NCBI GenBank assembly: GCA_964399835.1
Contig: CAYNSJ010000001.1
Span: 25,132-89,131, forward strand
Length of the DNA: 64,000 bases
Reading direction: 5' to 3'
Source of the DNA: an uncultured Methanobacteriaceae archaeon
GTDB lineage: Archaea; Methanobacteriota; Methanobacteria; Methanobacteriales; Methanobacteriaceae
The notes under the pieces are model-generated. The model searched no databases and had not been told where the DNA came from. It saw nothing but the letters and a program-made list of their open reading frames with translations. Positions 9,546 through 21,299 of the stretch are shown here, piece by piece. The position numbers were made by a program, and so were the translations under genes. Positions within the stretch are counted from its first letter, which is position 1; each line of letters opens with the position of its first letter.

Positions 9546-12500
9546 ATGCCAAAGGATGAAAATATAAAAAAAGTACTTGTAATAGGTTCAGGACCTATAC
9601 AAATAGGACAAGCAGCAGAATTTGATTATTCTGGATCACAAGCATGTAAATCATTAATGGAAGAAGGTGTAGAAACAATATTGGTAAACAGTAATCCAGC
9701 AACAATACAAACGGATATTGATTCAGCAGATAAAGTTTATGTTGAACCATTAACAGCAGATATAGTTGCTAAGATTATTGAAAGAGAAAATGTTGATGCA
9801 TTATTACCTACAATGGGTGGACAAACTGGATTAAATATAGCTACTGAACTTGATAAAATGGGAGTATTAGATAATATTACTGTTTTAGGTTCAACAGCTG
9901 AAACCATTGCTAATGTAGAAGATAGGGAATTATTTGGTCGTTTCATGGAAAAATTAAATGAACCAATACCAAAATGTCATGCAGTAAATTCATTAGAAGA
10001 AGCTGAAGAAGCTGTAAAAGATATAGGTTATCCTGTTATTGTAAGACCAGCATTTACACTAGGTGGAACTGGTGGTGGAGTAGCAAATAATAAACAAGAA
10101 CTTAAAGAGATAGCAACTCATGGATTAGAAATGAGTTTTATTAATCAAGTTCTAATAGATGAATCTGTAATGGGTTGGGAAGAATTCGAATATGAAGTAA
10201 TGCGAGATAAAAATGATACTTGTATTATAATTTGTAATATGGAAAATATTGATCCAATGGGAATTCACACTGGAGAAAGTATAGTAGTAGCACCAACACA
10301 AACTCTATCTGATGAAGATAATCAAAGACTTAGAGATGCATCTATAAAAATTATAAGAGCTTTAGGTATACAAGGTGGATGTAATATACAATTTGCAGTA
10401 CATCCTGTTACAAAAGAATATAAAGTAATAGAAGTTAATCCTAGAGTAAGTAGAAGTAGTGCATTAGCTTCTAAAGCAACAGGTTATTCTATAGCTAAAA
10501 TATCTGCAAAAATAGCATTAGGTATGACTCTTGATGAAATTCCTAATGATATAACAAAAGAAACACCTGCTTCATTTGAACCAGCATTAGATTATGTAAT
10601 AGTCAAAATTCCAAGATGGCCATTTGATAAATTTAAAGGAAACACTAATGAATTAGGAGTTCAAATGCAATCTACTGGAGAAGTAATGGCAATAGGACGT
10701 ACAATAGAAGAAGCATTACAAAAAGCTATACGATCTTTAGATATCGATCAAGAAGCATTTGAATATACAGAATACACAGATTATGAACTTGAACATGCAA
10801 CAGATCAAAGAATATTCCAAGTTTATTCAGCATTAAAAGATGGAAAATCTATAGAAGAAATAGAGAAAATCACTAAAATAAACCCGTTCTTTTTAGGTAA
10901 AATACAAAATATAATAAACAAAGAAGAACACTTAGAATCACAAGGTAGCAGTTTATTATATGATAAACAATATTTCAAAAAATTAAAACAAGAAGGATTT
11001 TCAGATAAAAGAATCGGTCAAATATTAGGGTTACCTGAAGCTAATATAAAAGAAGCAAGAACTGAAATGGATCTTAAACCAGAATATAAAATGGTAGATA
11101 CATGTGCAGCAGAATTTGAAGCAAAAACACCTTATTATTATGGAACATTTGATTCAACAGATGAAAGTATACCAGATAATAAGAAAAAAGTTTTAATTTT
11201 AGGAGCTGGACCTATTCGAATAGGACAAGGAATAGAATTTGATTACTGTTGTGTACATGCATCATTAGCTTTAAAAGATGAAGATGTTGAAACAATTCTT
11301 GTAAATAACAATCCAGAAACAGTAAGTACTGACTATGATATTTCTGATAAATTATACTTTGAACCATTAACACCAGAAGATGTAACAAGTGTAATTGAAG
11401 AAGAGAAACCATATGGGGTAATTGTACAGTTTGGAGGACAAACATCAATTAATCTAGCTAAAGATATAGAAAAAACAGATGCTAAAATATTAGGAACACC
11501 TTATGAAAGTATTGATATGGTAGAAGATCGTGAACAGTTTACAGAAGTATTAAATGATCTAGGAATACCTCAAGCAGAATATGGAATAGCAAAATCATTA
11601 GAGGATGCTAGAGAAGCTGCACATAGAATAGGATTCCCCGTACTTGTAAGACCATCATATGTACTTGGTGGACGTGCAATGGAAATAGTTTACGATGATA
11701 CTGAATTAGATAGTTATATGAAAGAAGCTGTAAAAGTTTCAAAAGAACATCCAATATTAGTTGATAAATTCTTAGAAGATTCAATAGAATTAGATGTTGA
11801 TGCATTATCTGATGGTGAAGATGTATTTGTATGTGGAATAATGGAACATATAGAAGAAGCTGGAATTCACTCTGGAGATTCTGCTTGTGTAATACCACCA
11901 CAAACAGTACCTGAAAATATCATTAAACAAGTTGAAGATTACACTAGAAAGCTTGCTTTAAAATTAGGTGTTATTGGATTAATGAACATTCAATATGCAG
12001 TAAAAATGGATCCTGAACCAAAACTATATATTATAGAAGCAAATCCAAGAGCAAGTCGTACAGTACCATTTGTAAGTAAAGCAATAGGAATACCTATAGC
12101 AAAAATAGCAGCAAAATTAATGTTAGGATATAAACTTAAAGATTTCGAACTTAAAAGTTATGCTGACATAAAACATGTAGCAGTAAAAGAATCAGTATTC
12201 CCATTCTTAAAAATACCTGATGCTGATACAGTATTAGGTCCAGAAATGAAATCAACTGGAGAAAGTATGGGTATTGATAAAAACTTTGGATTATCCTATT
12301 ACAAAGCACAACTAGCAGCAAATATGAGATTACCTACAGAAGGTAAAATATTTTTAAGTGTACGTGATAATGACAAACCAAAAATAGAACCAATAGCTAA
12401 AAAAGCAAAAGAATTAGGTTTTGAACTAATTGCAACTAAAGGCACTGCAGAAGCAGCTCCTAATGTTGATATTGATGTCATTAGAAAAGTTAGCCAAGGT

Positions 12501-12728
12501 TCACCAAATATCAGAGATGCAATGCTTAATGGAGAAGTAGCATTTATTATCAATACACCTTCTGGAAAACAATCCGCTGATGATGGTTATATCATTAGAA
12601 GATTAGCAATTGAAATAGGAGTTCCTTACGTTACTACTATAGCTGGAGCAAATGCAGTTCTAAAAGCTATAGAAGAAGTAAGTTCTGGTAAAATAAATGT
12701 TAAATCATTAAATGAATACCAAGAATAA
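9546..12728 (+). CDS. carB: Carbamoyl-phosphate synthase large subunit
   Basis: 1060 aa. Duplicated ATP-grasp halves (GSGPIQIGQAAEFDYSG and GAGPIRIGQGIEFDYC; EVNPRVSRSSALASKATG and EANPRASRTVPFVSKAIG) plus a C-terminal MGS-like domain. Confidence 0.97.
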   Translation: MPKDENIKKVLVIGSGPIQIGQAAEFDYSGSQACKSLMEEGVETILVNSNPATIQTDIDSADKVYVEPLTADIVAKIIERENVDALLPTMGGQTGLNIATELDKMGVLDNITVLGSTAETIANVEDRELFGRFMEKLNEPIPKCHAVNSLEEAEEAVKDIGYPVIVRPAFTLGGTGGGVANNKQELKEIATHGLEMSFINQVLIDESVMGWEEFEYEVMRDKNDTCIIICNMENIDPMGIHTGESIVVAPTQTLSDEDNQRLRDASIKIIRALGIQGGCNIQFAVHPVTKEYKVIEVNPRVSRSSALASKATGYSIAKISAKIALGMTLDEIPNDITKETPASFEPALDYVIVKIPRWPFDKFKGNTNELGVQMQSTGEVMAIGRTIEEALQKAIRSLDIDQEAFEYTEYTDYELEHATDQRIFQVYSALKDGKSIEEIEKITKINPFFLGKIQNIINKEEHLESQGSSLLYDKQYFKKLKQEGFSDKRIGQILGLPEANIKEARTEMDLKPEYKMVDTCAAEFEAKTPYYYGTFDSTDESIPDNKKKVLILGAGPIRIGQGIEFDYCCVHASLALKDEDVETILVNNNPETVSTDYDISDKLYFEPLTPEDVTSVIEEEKPYGVIVQFGGQTSINLAKDIEKTDAKILGTPYESIDMVEDREQFTEVLNDLGIPQAEYGIAKSLEDAREAAHRIGFPVLVRPSYVLGGRAMEIVYDDTELDSYMKEAVKVSKEHPILVDKFLEDSIELDVDALSDGEDVFVCGIMEHIEEAGIHSGDSACVIPPQTVPENIIKQVEDYTRKLALKLGVIGLMNIQYAVKMDPEPKLYIIEANPRASRTVPFVSKAIGIPIAKIAAKLMLGYKLKDFELKSYADIKHVAVKESVFPFLKIPDADTVLGPEMKSTGESMGIDKNFGLSYYKAQLAANMRLPTEGKIFLSVRDNDKPKIEPIAKKAKELGFELIATKGTAEAAPNVDIDVIRKVSQGSPNIRDAMLNGEVAFIINTPSGKQSADDGYIIRRLAIEIGVPYVTTIAGANAVLKAIEEVSSGKINVKSLNEYQE

Positions 12729-12831
12729 ATACTATTCAAACCCTTTCCCTCCTATTCTATTTTTAATTTTTAATTTAAATAACTAAAAATAATATAACTA
12801 TTTTATTAAAAAAATTTGAGGATTTATTATT

Positions 12832-13977
12832 ATGATGACAATAAAAAATGGACTAGTATTAATAGGTCCAAATCTACAGCCAACTAAAACAAATGTTATA
12901 ATAAATGATGAAGGAACTATAACTAAATTATCACCAAACTATGAAGAAGGTGAAATAATTGATGCTACAAACTGTATTGTGACACCAGCATTCATAAATG
13001 CACATATTCATATTGGTGACTCTATCATAAAAGATGTAGGTGATGGACTTTCTATACAAGAATTAGTAGAACCACCCAATGGATTGAAACATCAAAGACT
13101 AAAAAATGCAAATAGACAAGATTTAATTGATGCAATGCATGAAACAGCTAAAGAAATGTTATACTCAGGAACATCTACATTTATTGATTTCAGAGAAGGT
13201 GGTCTTGAAGGAATTAAAATGCTTAAAGAAGCAGTATTTGATCTTCCAATAAATGCATGTATATTAGGACGTAGTGAAAAATATTATGAAAAAGATATTA
13301 ATCCAACAGAAATACAAGAGATAACTAGAGAATTACTTCAACATTGTGATGGAATAGGATTAAGTGGAGTAAAAGATATTAATCCAGACACTATGAAAAT
13401 CATTGCAGATGTTTGTCAAGATGAAGATAAATTAGCTGTTATCCATGTTGCAGAATACTATGATTTACAAAGAGAATCTTTACAATCAACTAAGAAAACA
13501 GAAATACAAAGAGTATTAGAAGCTGGATTTACAATAATTGTTCATGCAACTAACCCTATGGAAACAGATGTTGAATTGTTAAGAGATGTTAATCCATATA
13601 TAATTGCCTGTCCAAGATCAAATGGTATGTTATCTGTAGGTGTACCTCCTTTAGAGTTGTATCGTCAACAAGGAATAGATATAGCATTAGGAACAGATAA
13701 TGTAATGTTTAATAAACCTGATATGTTCCATGAAATGGAGTATACACTTAAATCTATACGTGGTGTATATGATAACAAAATAAAAGCAAGAGATATATTA
13801 AAAATGGCTACTATTAATGGATTTAAAATATTAGGTAAAGATATTAGTATAACTGAAGGTAATGTTTCAGATATCCTTGTGATCCGCCAAAAATCTGAAG
13901 ACCCTTACTTATCTATAGTAAATAGATCCTCTGACACAGATATTGTTAATTTTATCATGGGAAATCAGATGCGATAA
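12832..13977 (+). CDS. Amidohydrolase-superfamily metal-dependent hydrolase (ATZ/TRZ chlorohydrolase/deaminase-like)
   Basis: 381 aa. The N-terminal beta-sandwich is followed by PAFINAHIHIGDS (HxH metal motif), a later HV/HA histidine, and GTDN close to the C-terminal part. The substrate cannot be assigned by eye. Confidence 0.65.
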   Translation: MMTIKNGLVLIGPNLQPTKTNVIINDEGTITKLSPNYEEGEIIDATNCIVTPAFINAHIHIGDSIIKDVGDGLSIQELVEPPNGLKHQRLKNANRQDLIDAMHETAKEMLYSGTSTFIDFREGGLEGIKMLKEAVFDLPINACILGRSEKYYEKDINPTEIQEITRELLQHCDGIGLSGVKDINPDTMKIIADVCQDEDKLAVIHVAEYYDLQRESLQSTKKTEIQRVLEAGFTIIVHATNPMETDVELLRDVNPYIIACPRSNGMLSVGVPPLELYRQQGIDIALGTDNVMFNKPDMFHEMEYTLKSIRGVYDNKIKARDILKMATINGFKILGKDISITEGNVSDILVIRQKSEDPYLSIVNRSSDTDIVNFIMGNQMR

Positions 13978-14021
13978 AAGACTAAAAAAAAGTTAAATGG
14001 GGTTAAAAAGAAGATATATAC

Positions 14022-14507
14022 TTATTTATCCATATTTTCATAATCATACTCTGGAGCTTTTTGTTTATTCTCTTTCATTTCTTTTTCATTTTCTTTTTCA
14101 AGCTCTTCAAGTGAAATTAAGTGTTCGGATAATTGTTCTCTTATGTCATCAGGTATTCTCACCGGTTTTTGTTTGATAAAATCAAAATGAACCATTACAG
14201 CTTGTCCTGATACTTTTAATTCTCCATGTTGCCAAGCTTCATGTTCCACAGTTAATGATGTATTACCAATTTTTATAACGTGAGTTCTTATTTCAATATC
14301 TAATCCAAAGAACATTTGTCTTAAGAAATTAAAGTCTGTTTTAACCATTATTAGATTCCATTTTTTATAATTTAATTCTAATGTAGGAACAAACATTTTA
14401 AATATAGGATTTCGTGCTTGTTCAAACCAAATAGCTAAGACTGTATTATTTATATGTCGTAATCCATCTGCATCTCCAAATCGGGGTGTTACAGTTGTTT
14501 TAAACAT
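14022..14507 (-). CDS. Hotdog-fold acyl-CoA thioesterase (4HBT/YbgC-like)
   Basis: 161 aa. The start TVTPRFGDADGLRHINNTVLAIWFEQAR is typical of the 4HBT family (catalytic D near the N-terminus). It carries an extra charged C-terminal tail. Confidence 0.7.
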   Translation of the reverse strand: MFKTTVTPRFGDADGLRHINNTVLAIWFEQARNPIFKMFVPTLELNYKKWNLIMVKTDFNFLRQMFFGLDIEIRTHVIKIGNTSLTVEHEAWQHGELKVSGQAVMVHFDFIKQKPVRIPDDIREQLSEHLISLEELEKENEKEMKENKQKAPEYDYENMDK

Positions 14508-14781
14508 TTATTCATCTCCTTTTTGTTTAAATGATCATCTTTTTAAATTAGTTATATATCCTCTAATATTATTTTTATAAAAAGTTACTTTTATTTTTAT
14601 GTTTTTTTAAATTTCTTAAATAATTTATATTATATTTTTAGCAAGGTTTTGTTATATAATTAATTTAATTACATTATATTTTGATATAAAATGAGTAAAT
14701 TTGTATTTTAAAATAAGATTGTTTTTAAAAAAATAATTAAATGAATATTAAAATTAATGTATTCTTTGTAATAATATTCAT

Positions 14782-15288
14782 TTATCCGTTTGTTGTCACA
14801 CCCGTTCCAGTATCAGCTGTTGTTTTCGGAGTTACTACATCACCTGAATCAGATGAACTGCTTGATCCATTTGTAGTAGAAGTACCTGAACTGCTTGATC
14901 CATTTGTAGTAGAAGTACCTGAACTGCTTGATCCTGAACTACTATTTGTTTTAGCGGATGTTGTAGAAGCTGTACTATTTTTAGAAGTATTTGAAATGGA
15001 AGTTGTTCCTGAATTAGTATTTGTAGTCGATCCTGTACTATTGGATATAGTCACTGTTGTTGGAGTTATATTTATTGCATTGGATCCTGAAGTTATACTA
15101 ATATTATTTGGTTCAAATTGATTATCATGTATAGGTTTCATTATATTTCCTGAATCTATAATAGATGTTGGTAATATGGCTTGACTTATGTCTTCACCGA
15201 TATGTAATGCTCCACCAATTGAACCTATACCAAAAGCTACTATAGATACAAGTAATATTATCATAATACTTCCTGAAGTATCTTTCAT
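14782..15288 (-). CDS. Membrane-anchored Ser/Thr/Asn-rich low-complexity protein
   Basis: 168 aa. It has a single N-terminal hydrophobic segment (IMIILLVSIVAFGIGSIGGAL), then about 100 aa of S/T/N/G repeats with many N-x-S/T sequons. It lies 40 nt downstream of glmS on the same strand. Confidence 0.55.
   Translation of the reverse strand: MKDTSGSIMIILLVSIVAFGIGSIGGALHIGEDISQAILPTSIIDSGNIMKPIHDNQFEPNNISITSGSNAINITPTTVTISNSTGSTTNTNSGTTSISNTSKNSTASTTSAKTNSSSGSSSSGTSTTNGSSSSGTSTTNGSSSSSDSGDVVTPKTTADTGTGVTTNG
14855..14934. repeat. 33-bp perfect tandem repeat (2.4 copies) inside the S/T-rich gene
   Basis: GAACTGCTTGATCCATTTGTAGTAGAAGTACCT occurs at 14855-14887 and 14888-14920, and its first 14 nt occur again at 14921-14934. 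The repeat is in frame, encoding GTSTTNGSSSS units on the minus strand. Confidence 0.9.
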
Positions 15289-15328
15289 ATAATCATCTCC
15301 ATTATGATTAAAGGAACTATAATTTTAT

Positions 15329-17104
15329 TTATTCAACTGTTACACATTTAGCTAAATTTTTAGGTTTATCTGGATCTATTCCTTTCTCTACACTTATATA
15401 GTAAGCTAGTAATTGTAAATCAATAATATATAGTAATGGTGATATGATTTCATCAATCGTTGGATTGAATAATAATTTATCTTCTATGTCTTCTATTAAT
15501 GGATCATCTTTTGATCCAAGAACTATAACATCAGCACCTCTAGCCATTACTTCTTGTAGATTATTGAATGTTTTATTATGATTAGAACCTGGTGGTAAAA
15601 TTCCTACTACAGGTATTCCTTCATCAATCAGTGCTAAAGGTCCATGTTTTAATTCTCCAGAAGCATAACCTTCACCATGTATATATGTTATTTCTTTAAG
15701 TTTCAATGCTCCTTCTAATGCTGTTGGATAACTGAAACCTTTTCCAATATAGAAAAAGTCATTTGCATATTTATATTTTTTAGCTATTTCTTTTATCTGT
15801 TCTTCTTTACAAAGTAGTTCTTCAGATAGCTCTGATAATTTATATAATTTTTCAATTAATTTATCATTTTCTCCAAGATATGCTACTAAAAGATAAATAC
15901 ATAATAATTGACTTAAATATGTTTTTGTTGCAGCTACTCCAATTTCAGGTCCTGCTCTTGTATATATCACATGATCTGCTTCTCGTGTAATTGAACTTCC
16001 AACTACATTTACTATAGCTAGTGTTTCTGATTTTGCTTTTGCAATTCTAAGAGCTTTTAATGTATCTGCTGTTTCTCCAGATTGTGTTATAAATATTACT
16101 AATGTATGGTCATCTAATGTTTTTTGGAAGTATTCAAATTCAGAAGCTAATATTACTTCGGTAGGTATGCCTATTTGTGATTCAATTAAATATTCTCCAA
16201 CTAAAGATGCATGATAAGAAGTTCCACAAGCTACAAAACATATTCTATTGAAATTTTTAAATCTTCTAACAATTTTTTTAATTTTTGGTGCTTCACTTAA
16301 TGTATCTTTTATTATTTGAGGTTCTTCATGGATTTCTTTTAGCATGAAATGATCGAAACCACTTTTTTCAGCCATTTTTGGATCCCAATCAATTATTTTA
16401 ACTTCTTTATTTATTGGATTAAGATTTGTATCTTTGACTTCTACTTTGTCTTTGGTTAATACGACTATTTCATTATTATTTAAATACATTACTTTTTTTG
16501 TTTCTGAAAGAATTGCTGGAACATCTGATGCTAAAAAGTTTCCATTATCTGTTAATCCAACTATTAATGGACTTTCATTTCGTACTCCTATTATTTTATC
16601 AGGTTCATCAGTACAAGCAATTGCTAAAGCATATGATCCATTTAATCTTTTAATTGTTTTTTGTACAGATTTTAAAAGATCATGTTCTGTTTTCATATAT
16701 TCTTCTATTAAATGAGGAATGACTTCTGTATCTGTATCTGATTTAAATTTGTGACCTTTTTTTATAAGTTCATTTTTTAATTCTTTGTAATTTTCGATTA
16801 TACCATTATGTACAACACTTATTTTATTATCACAATCATTATGTGGATGTGCATTTTCTGCTGTAGGAATTCCATGAGTTGCCCATCTTACATGTGCAAT
16901 ACCAGTTGTTCCTTCCATATCAGCTAAGTTGATTTCAGCATCAACTTCATTTATTTTTCCACTTCCTTTTTTAACATTGATCTTATTTGTAACAGTTGCT
17001 ATCCCTACAGAATCATATCCTCTGTATTCTAATTTTTTAATTGATTTTAAGATTATAGGTGCAACTTTTTGGTTATCCATTACACATCCTACAATTCCAC
17101 ACAT
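15329..17104 (-). CDS. glmS: Glutamine--fructose-6-phosphate aminotransferase (isomerising)
   Basis: 591 aa with an MCGIVG N-terminal nucleophile, two SIS domains and the C-terminal [12 protein letters not shown] (family ending ...SVTVE). Confidence 0.95.
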   Translation of the reverse strand: MCGIVGCVMDNQKVAPIILKSIKKLEYRGYDSVGIATVTNKINVKKGSGKINEVDAEINLADMEGTTGIAHVRWATHGIPTAENAHPHNDCDNKISVVHNGIIENYKELKNELIKKGHKFKSDTDTEVIPHLIEEYMKTEHDLLKSVQKTIKRLNGSYALAIACTDEPDKIIGVRNESPLIVGLTDNGNFLASDVPAILSETKKVMYLNNNEIVVLTKDKVEVKDTNLNPINKEVKIIDWDPKMAEKSGFDHFMLKEIHEEPQIIKDTLSEAPKIKKIVRRFKNFNRICFVACGTSYHASLVGEYLIESQIGIPTEVILASEFEYFQKTLDDHTLVIFITQSGETADTLKALRIAKAKSETLAIVNVVGSSITREADHVIYTRAGPEIGVAATKTYLSQLLCIYLLVAYLGENDKLIEKLYKLSELSEELLCKEEQIKEIAKKYKYANDFFYIGKGFSYPTALEGALKLKEITYIHGEGYASGELKHGPLALIDEGIPVVGILPPGSNHNKTFNNLQEVMARGADVIVLGSKDDPLIEDIEDKLLFNPTIDEIISPLLYIIDLQLLAYYISVEKGIDPDKPKNLAKCVTVE

Positions 17105-17444
17105 TATTTAATCACCCTGAAACAATTGATTTCATAAAATAAATATGAGTATTTATCCATAAAGCTTATTTTCCTTTCGTTTAGTTTATTTTACATGATA
17201 TATTATTATATTTTTTTATTTAATAATATTATTTTTTACTATTTTTTTAAATTAATGATTTATATTTATTGTTTTTAATATTAAATAAGTAATTTCTAAT
17301 TTTTTTAGTTATTTTAAAATAGTATATTATACTATTAAATTATCTAATTCATATATTATAATACTTATTATAAACAGATATTATAATTATTATAAAATAA
17401 TAAATTCTAGATTAAATAGAATATAATATTATACAAATTAAGAA

Positions 17445-18218
17445 ATGAAATACATAGTGGAATTTAATATGAATGATATAAGAAAAGAATTGTTATATAC
17501 CGGTAAAGCAAAAGATGTTTACAAAACAGATAAAGATGATGAAGTAGTAATTAAATTTAGGGATGATATAACTGCATTAGATGGTGGTCGAAAAGATACT
17601 CTTGATAAAAAAGGAGAGTATAATGCAATTATTTCTGCTAAATTCTTTGAGATATTAGAAGAGAAAGGTGTGTCTACACAATATATCAATCTTATTAATC
17701 CAGGTGAAATGCTTACAAAAAAATTAGATATGATACCTTTAGAAGTTATATGTCGTAATATAGCTGCAGGTAGTTTACTTAGAAAATATCCTTTCCATGA
17801 AAATCAAAAATTAGATCCAGCTCTAATACAATTTGATTATAAAAATGATGTATTTCATGATCCTATGTTAAATGATGCTATTATAGTAGCATTAAAAATT
17901 GCATCACAAAAAGATCTTGATAAAATACGTGAAATAACCCATGTAATAGATAAAACATTAACTAAATTTTTAAGACAAAGAGGTTTAATACTTGTAGACT
18001 TCAAATTAGAATTTGGTTATGATGAAAATGGTAATTTAGTAGTTGGGGATGAAATAAGTCCGGATACTGCTAGATTATGGGATAGTGATACTCTTGATAG
18101 CTTTGATAAAGATAAATTTAGAAAAGGAGAAAAAGGAGTAGTAAATGCATATCATAGGGTTGTAAATTTAGTATTAAATGATGAAGATAAAGAAAGATGG
18201 TATAAAACAGAATATTAA
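17445..18218 (+). CDS. purC: SAICAR synthase
   Basis: [13 protein letters not shown], the RDDITALDG segment and LVDFKLEFG are motifs of PurC. The true start may be the internal ATG at 17469 (MNDIRK). Confidence 0.92.
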   Translation: MKYIVEFNMNDIRKELLYTGKAKDVYKTDKDDEVVIKFRDDITALDGGRKDTLDKKGEYNAIISAKFFEILEEKGVSTQYINLINPGEMLTKKLDMIPLEVICRNIAAGSLLRKYPFHENQKLDPALIQFDYKNDVFHDPMLNDAIIVALKIASQKDLDKIREITHVIDKTLTKFLRQRGLILVDFKLEFGYDENGNLVVGDEISPDTARLWDSDTLDSFDKDKFRKGEKGVVNAYHRVVNLVLNDEDKERWYKTEY

Positions 18219-18253
18219 TATTTAATTATACTATTAAAAAAGGAGAATTAATA

Positions 18254-18502
18254 ATGAAATATAATGTTGAAGTAAGAGTAAGTTTAAAAAAAGGGATGTT
18301 AAATCCTGAAGCATCTACCATTCAAAAAGCATTAGCATTACTTGATTATAAAGTAGAAGATACACAAACTGAAGACATTATCAAATTTACAGTAACAGCT
18401 GAAAATACTGATATTGCAAAAGAGCAAGTAGATGAAATGTGTCAAAAATTACTCTGTAACCCTGTAATACATGATTATGAAATAAATATTAGTGGGGAAT
18501 AA
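18254..18502 (+). CDS. purS: FGAM synthase PurS subunit
   Basis: 82 aa. The V.LK.G.LNPE...I.KAL pattern and its position between purC and purQ support the call. Confidence 0.88.
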   Translation: MKYNVEVRVSLKKGMLNPEASTIQKALALLDYKVEDTQTEDIIKFTVTAENTDIAKEQVDEMCQKLLCNPVIHDYEINISGE

Positions 18503-18505
18503 ACC

Positions 18506-19171
18506 TTGACTGACTTAACTGATGTTAATGTGGGAATTATACGATTTCCAGGATCTAACTGTGATAGAGATATACATTATGCAGTAAATTTAGTAGGTGC
18601 TACACCAAAATACATATACTGGAATGAGACTGATCTTTCAAATATGGATGTTATAATAATTCCTGGTGGATTTTCATATGGGGATTATTTAAGAGCAGGA
18701 TCTATAGCTGGAATTACACCTATAATCAATTCAATTAAAGAATTTGCAAAAGAAAATAAACCTGTTTTAGGTATATGTAATGGAGCTCAAATTCTTGGTG
18801 AGATTGATTTAGTACCTGGTGTATTTATAGAAAATGAAAATGCTAAATTCATATGTGAAAATAAAAAACTCAAGATAAATACTACAAGGACTCCTTTTAC
18901 AAAACTTTATAAAAAAGGACAGATTGTTGATATGCCTATAGCACATAAAGAAGGAAGATATTATACAGATAATCTTGAGGAATTATATGATGATGATCAA
19001 ATAGTACTAACTTTTGAAGGAGATAATCCAAATGGATCACTAGATAATATAACTGGTGTTTGTAATAAAGAAGGTAATGTATGTGCTGTAATGCCTCATC
19101 CTGAAAGGGCTGTTGAAAAATTATTAAGATCTGATGAAGGATTAAATTTTTTTAAAGGAATTATTGATTAA
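18506..19171 (+). CDS. purQ: FGAM synthase glutaminase subunit
   Basis: 221 aa with a TTG start. [21 protein letters not shown], the catalytic GICNGAQIL and MPHPER are present. Confidence 0.92.
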   Translation: MTDLTDVNVGIIRFPGSNCDRDIHYAVNLVGATPKYIYWNETDLSNMDVIIIPGGFSYGDYLRAGSIAGITPIINSIKEFAKENKPVLGICNGAQILGEIDLVPGVFIENENAKFICENKKLKINTTRTPFTKLYKKGQIVDMPIAHKEGRYYTDNLEELYDDDQIVLTFEGDNPNGSLDNITGVCNKEGNVCAVMPHPERAVEKLLRSDEGLNFFKGIID

Positions 19172-19361
19172 TTTTAATAATAATTAATTAGTTTATTAAT
19201 CTCCTCCCTTTTTAATTATAATTTTTAAAATTCTTTTTTTTAAAATTAATTGTGTTTTAATAAATTCATTAAATTAATTTATAAAAGAAATATGTTAATA
19301 TTAATATAATAAGTAATTATAAATAATTAATAAAAGAAAACACTAAAGGAAGTGAATATCT

Positions 19362-20084
19362 ATGACAGTACATATGATTGGAGCAGGACCCGGAGATCCT
19401 GAATTAATTACATTAAAAGCAATAAATGCATTAAAAAGAGCAGAAGTAATATTATATGATAAATTAGCTAATGATGAATTATTAAATTACGCTCCTGATG
19501 ATGTTAAATTAATATACGTTGGTAAAAAAGCTGGTGAGCACTATAAAAAACAACCAGAAATAAATGAAATTCTTATTGAACAAGGAAAACAATATGATGA
19601 AGTTGTAAGACTTAAAGGTGGAGATCCATTTATATTTGGTCGTGGTGGCGAAGAAGAATTAGCTTTATTAAAAGAAGGTATCGATGTAGATTTTATTCCA
19701 GGAATTAATTCTGGTATAGGAGCAGCTACTTCAATAGGACTACCTTTAACTCATAGAGCTGTAGCAACTAGTGTAACATTAGTAACAGGTCATGAAGATC
19801 CGGATAAAACTGAAAAACAAGTTAATTGGGATTATACTGCTGATACAATTGTTATATTTATGGGTGTAGGTTTACTAAAAAAATATGTTCCAAAAATATT
19901 AGAATACAGATCACCGGATACTCCAGTATGTGCAATACATAATGGAACAATGCCTGATCAAAAAATTGTTATGGGTACCTTGGCTGACATTACTGAAAAA
20001 CGTATTACACCACCATCTTTAATAATAATTGGTGATGTAGTAAATATATATAAAGAATGTTTAGACTTAAAGGAGAAAAAATAA
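19362..20084 (+). CDS. cobA: Uroporphyrinogen-III C-methyltransferase
   Basis: 240 aa with [35 protein letters not shown] and IPGI.S. Confidence 0.9.
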   Translation: MTVHMIGAGPGDPELITLKAINALKRAEVILYDKLANDELLNYAPDDVKLIYVGKKAGEHYKKQPEINEILIEQGKQYDEVVRLKGGDPFIFGRGGEEELALLKEGIDVDFIPGINSGIGAATSIGLPLTHRAVATSVTLVTGHEDPDKTEKQVNWDYTADTIVIFMGVGLLKKYVPKILEYRSPDTPVCAIHNGTMPDQKIVMGTLADITEKRITPPSLIIIGDVVNIYKECLDLKEKK

Positions 20085-20087
20085 ATA

Positions 20088-20873
20088 ATGACTGCTAATA
20101 ATACTAACTTTAATAATAAAAAGATAGTAATAACACGTCCAATTGAGAGATCTGAATCTTTAGCAAAAATAATAAGGGAATATAATGGGGATCCTATAAT
20201 AATTCCTACATTGGAATTACATTTAGTAGAATCACCCGAATTAATAAATATTGTTGATAATATAAATACTTTTGATTGGATTATATTTACATCTCCAGCA
20301 GGAGTAGAATCTTTCTTTAATTTATGTGACTCTAAAAAATTGTCTTGTAAAATTGCTGTAATTGGTGTTAAAACACAAGAAGAATTAGAAAAACATGGTT
20401 TAAGTCCAGATCTAGTTCCAGAAAAATTTACAGCAGAAGGTTTGTTAAAATCTTTTAAATCAATTGATATTAAAGATAAAAAAATAGCTTTACCTCGTAC
20501 ATTAAGTGCTCGTAAAGTATTACCTGAAGGATTGGAGGAGTATGGTGCTGAAGTTGTAATAGCTGAAGCATATACTAGTGGAATTCCTAAAGATAAAACA
20601 GATATGCTAAAATTAGTAGATATGATTTTAAATAAAGAAATAGATATTATAACATTTACAAGTCCTTTAACTGTATTAAATTTAATAGAATTAATTAAAG
20701 AAGAAAGAAAGGATGATCTTCAAACAATTCTTAATATATTAGGGGCAGATGTTATAATAGGATCAATTGGTCCAATAACTAGTAATGTATTATATGAATT
20801 TAATATTAAAACAGTTGAACCAGATAGATATACTGTAAAAAATATGATTGAAGCATTACTTGAAACGATTTAA
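20088..20873 (+). CDS. hemD: Uroporphyrinogen-III synthase
   Basis: 261 aa in the HEM4 two-lobe layout (KKIVITRP ... WIIFTSPAGV ... ITFTSP). It starts 4 nt after cobA. Confidence 0.8.
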   Translation: MTANNTNFNNKKIVITRPIERSESLAKIIREYNGDPIIIPTLELHLVESPELINIVDNINTFDWIIFTSPAGVESFFNLCDSKKLSCKIAVIGVKTQEELEKHGLSPDLVPEKFTAEGLLKSFKSIDIKDKKIALPRTLSARKVLPEGLEEYGAEVVIAEAYTSGIPKDKTDMLKLVDMILNKEIDIITFTSPLTVLNLIELIKEERKDDLQTILNILGADVIIGSIGPITSNVLYEFNIKTVEPDRYTVKNMIEALLETI

Positions 20874-20912
20874 TAATATTTTATTTATTTTTCTTAATAA
20901 GGAGGTATTGAA

Positions 20913-21194
20913 ATGGAAACGGTTGTATGGCCTGTTTATATAGATTCTAATTATTCTAGAGGAAATGGACGTAAATTAGCCTTAGAATATTGTGTTGATG
21001 ATCCAAAAATACGAGAAATAAATTTTGCGGCTAAGAAACTAAAATTAGATCATAAAATGGAAGGGGGTAGTTCTTACCCTGGTTCTTGGTGGGAACGTTC
21101 TGGACGTGTAATCATTAACCGAGAAAATGTTACTAAACTAGAATTATTAAAAAATATCTCTAAAATGATAAAAGCATCACGTGAGAGAAAATAA
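20913..21194 (+). CDS. srp19: Signal recognition particle protein SRP19
   Basis: 93 aa with VWPVYIDSNYSRGNGRK, YPGSWWERSGRV and a GGAGG RBS upstream. Confidence 0.9.
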   Translation: METVVWPVYIDSNYSRGNGRKLALEYCVDDPKIREINFAAKKLKLDHKMEGGSSYPGSWWERSGRVIINRENVTKLELLKNISKMIKASRERK

Positions 21195-21299
21195 AATAAT
21201 TAATTTTTTTCTTTTTTTGTAATGAAAAATTTTAATTTAACATATTTTATTGAATAATTAGGGCAATGACTTTTTTTAAATAGTGGGGTATTACAAGAT

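Noticed and set aside
14741-15121. 126-aa plus-strand ORF with PELLDPFVVEV repeats
   Set aside because: It is the antisense reading of the 33-bp tandem repeat. The minus-strand frame has a start, a membrane anchor and an S/T-rich composition consistent with other surface proteins in the window. Only one of the two frames is likely real.
17105-17444. Possible glmS ribozyme or other leader RNA in the 340-bp region upstream of glmS
   Set aside because: The glmS ribozyme is a bacterial element with a GC-containing conserved core. This spacer is almost pure A/T with no stable helices visible. It also serves as the divergent purC promoter region.
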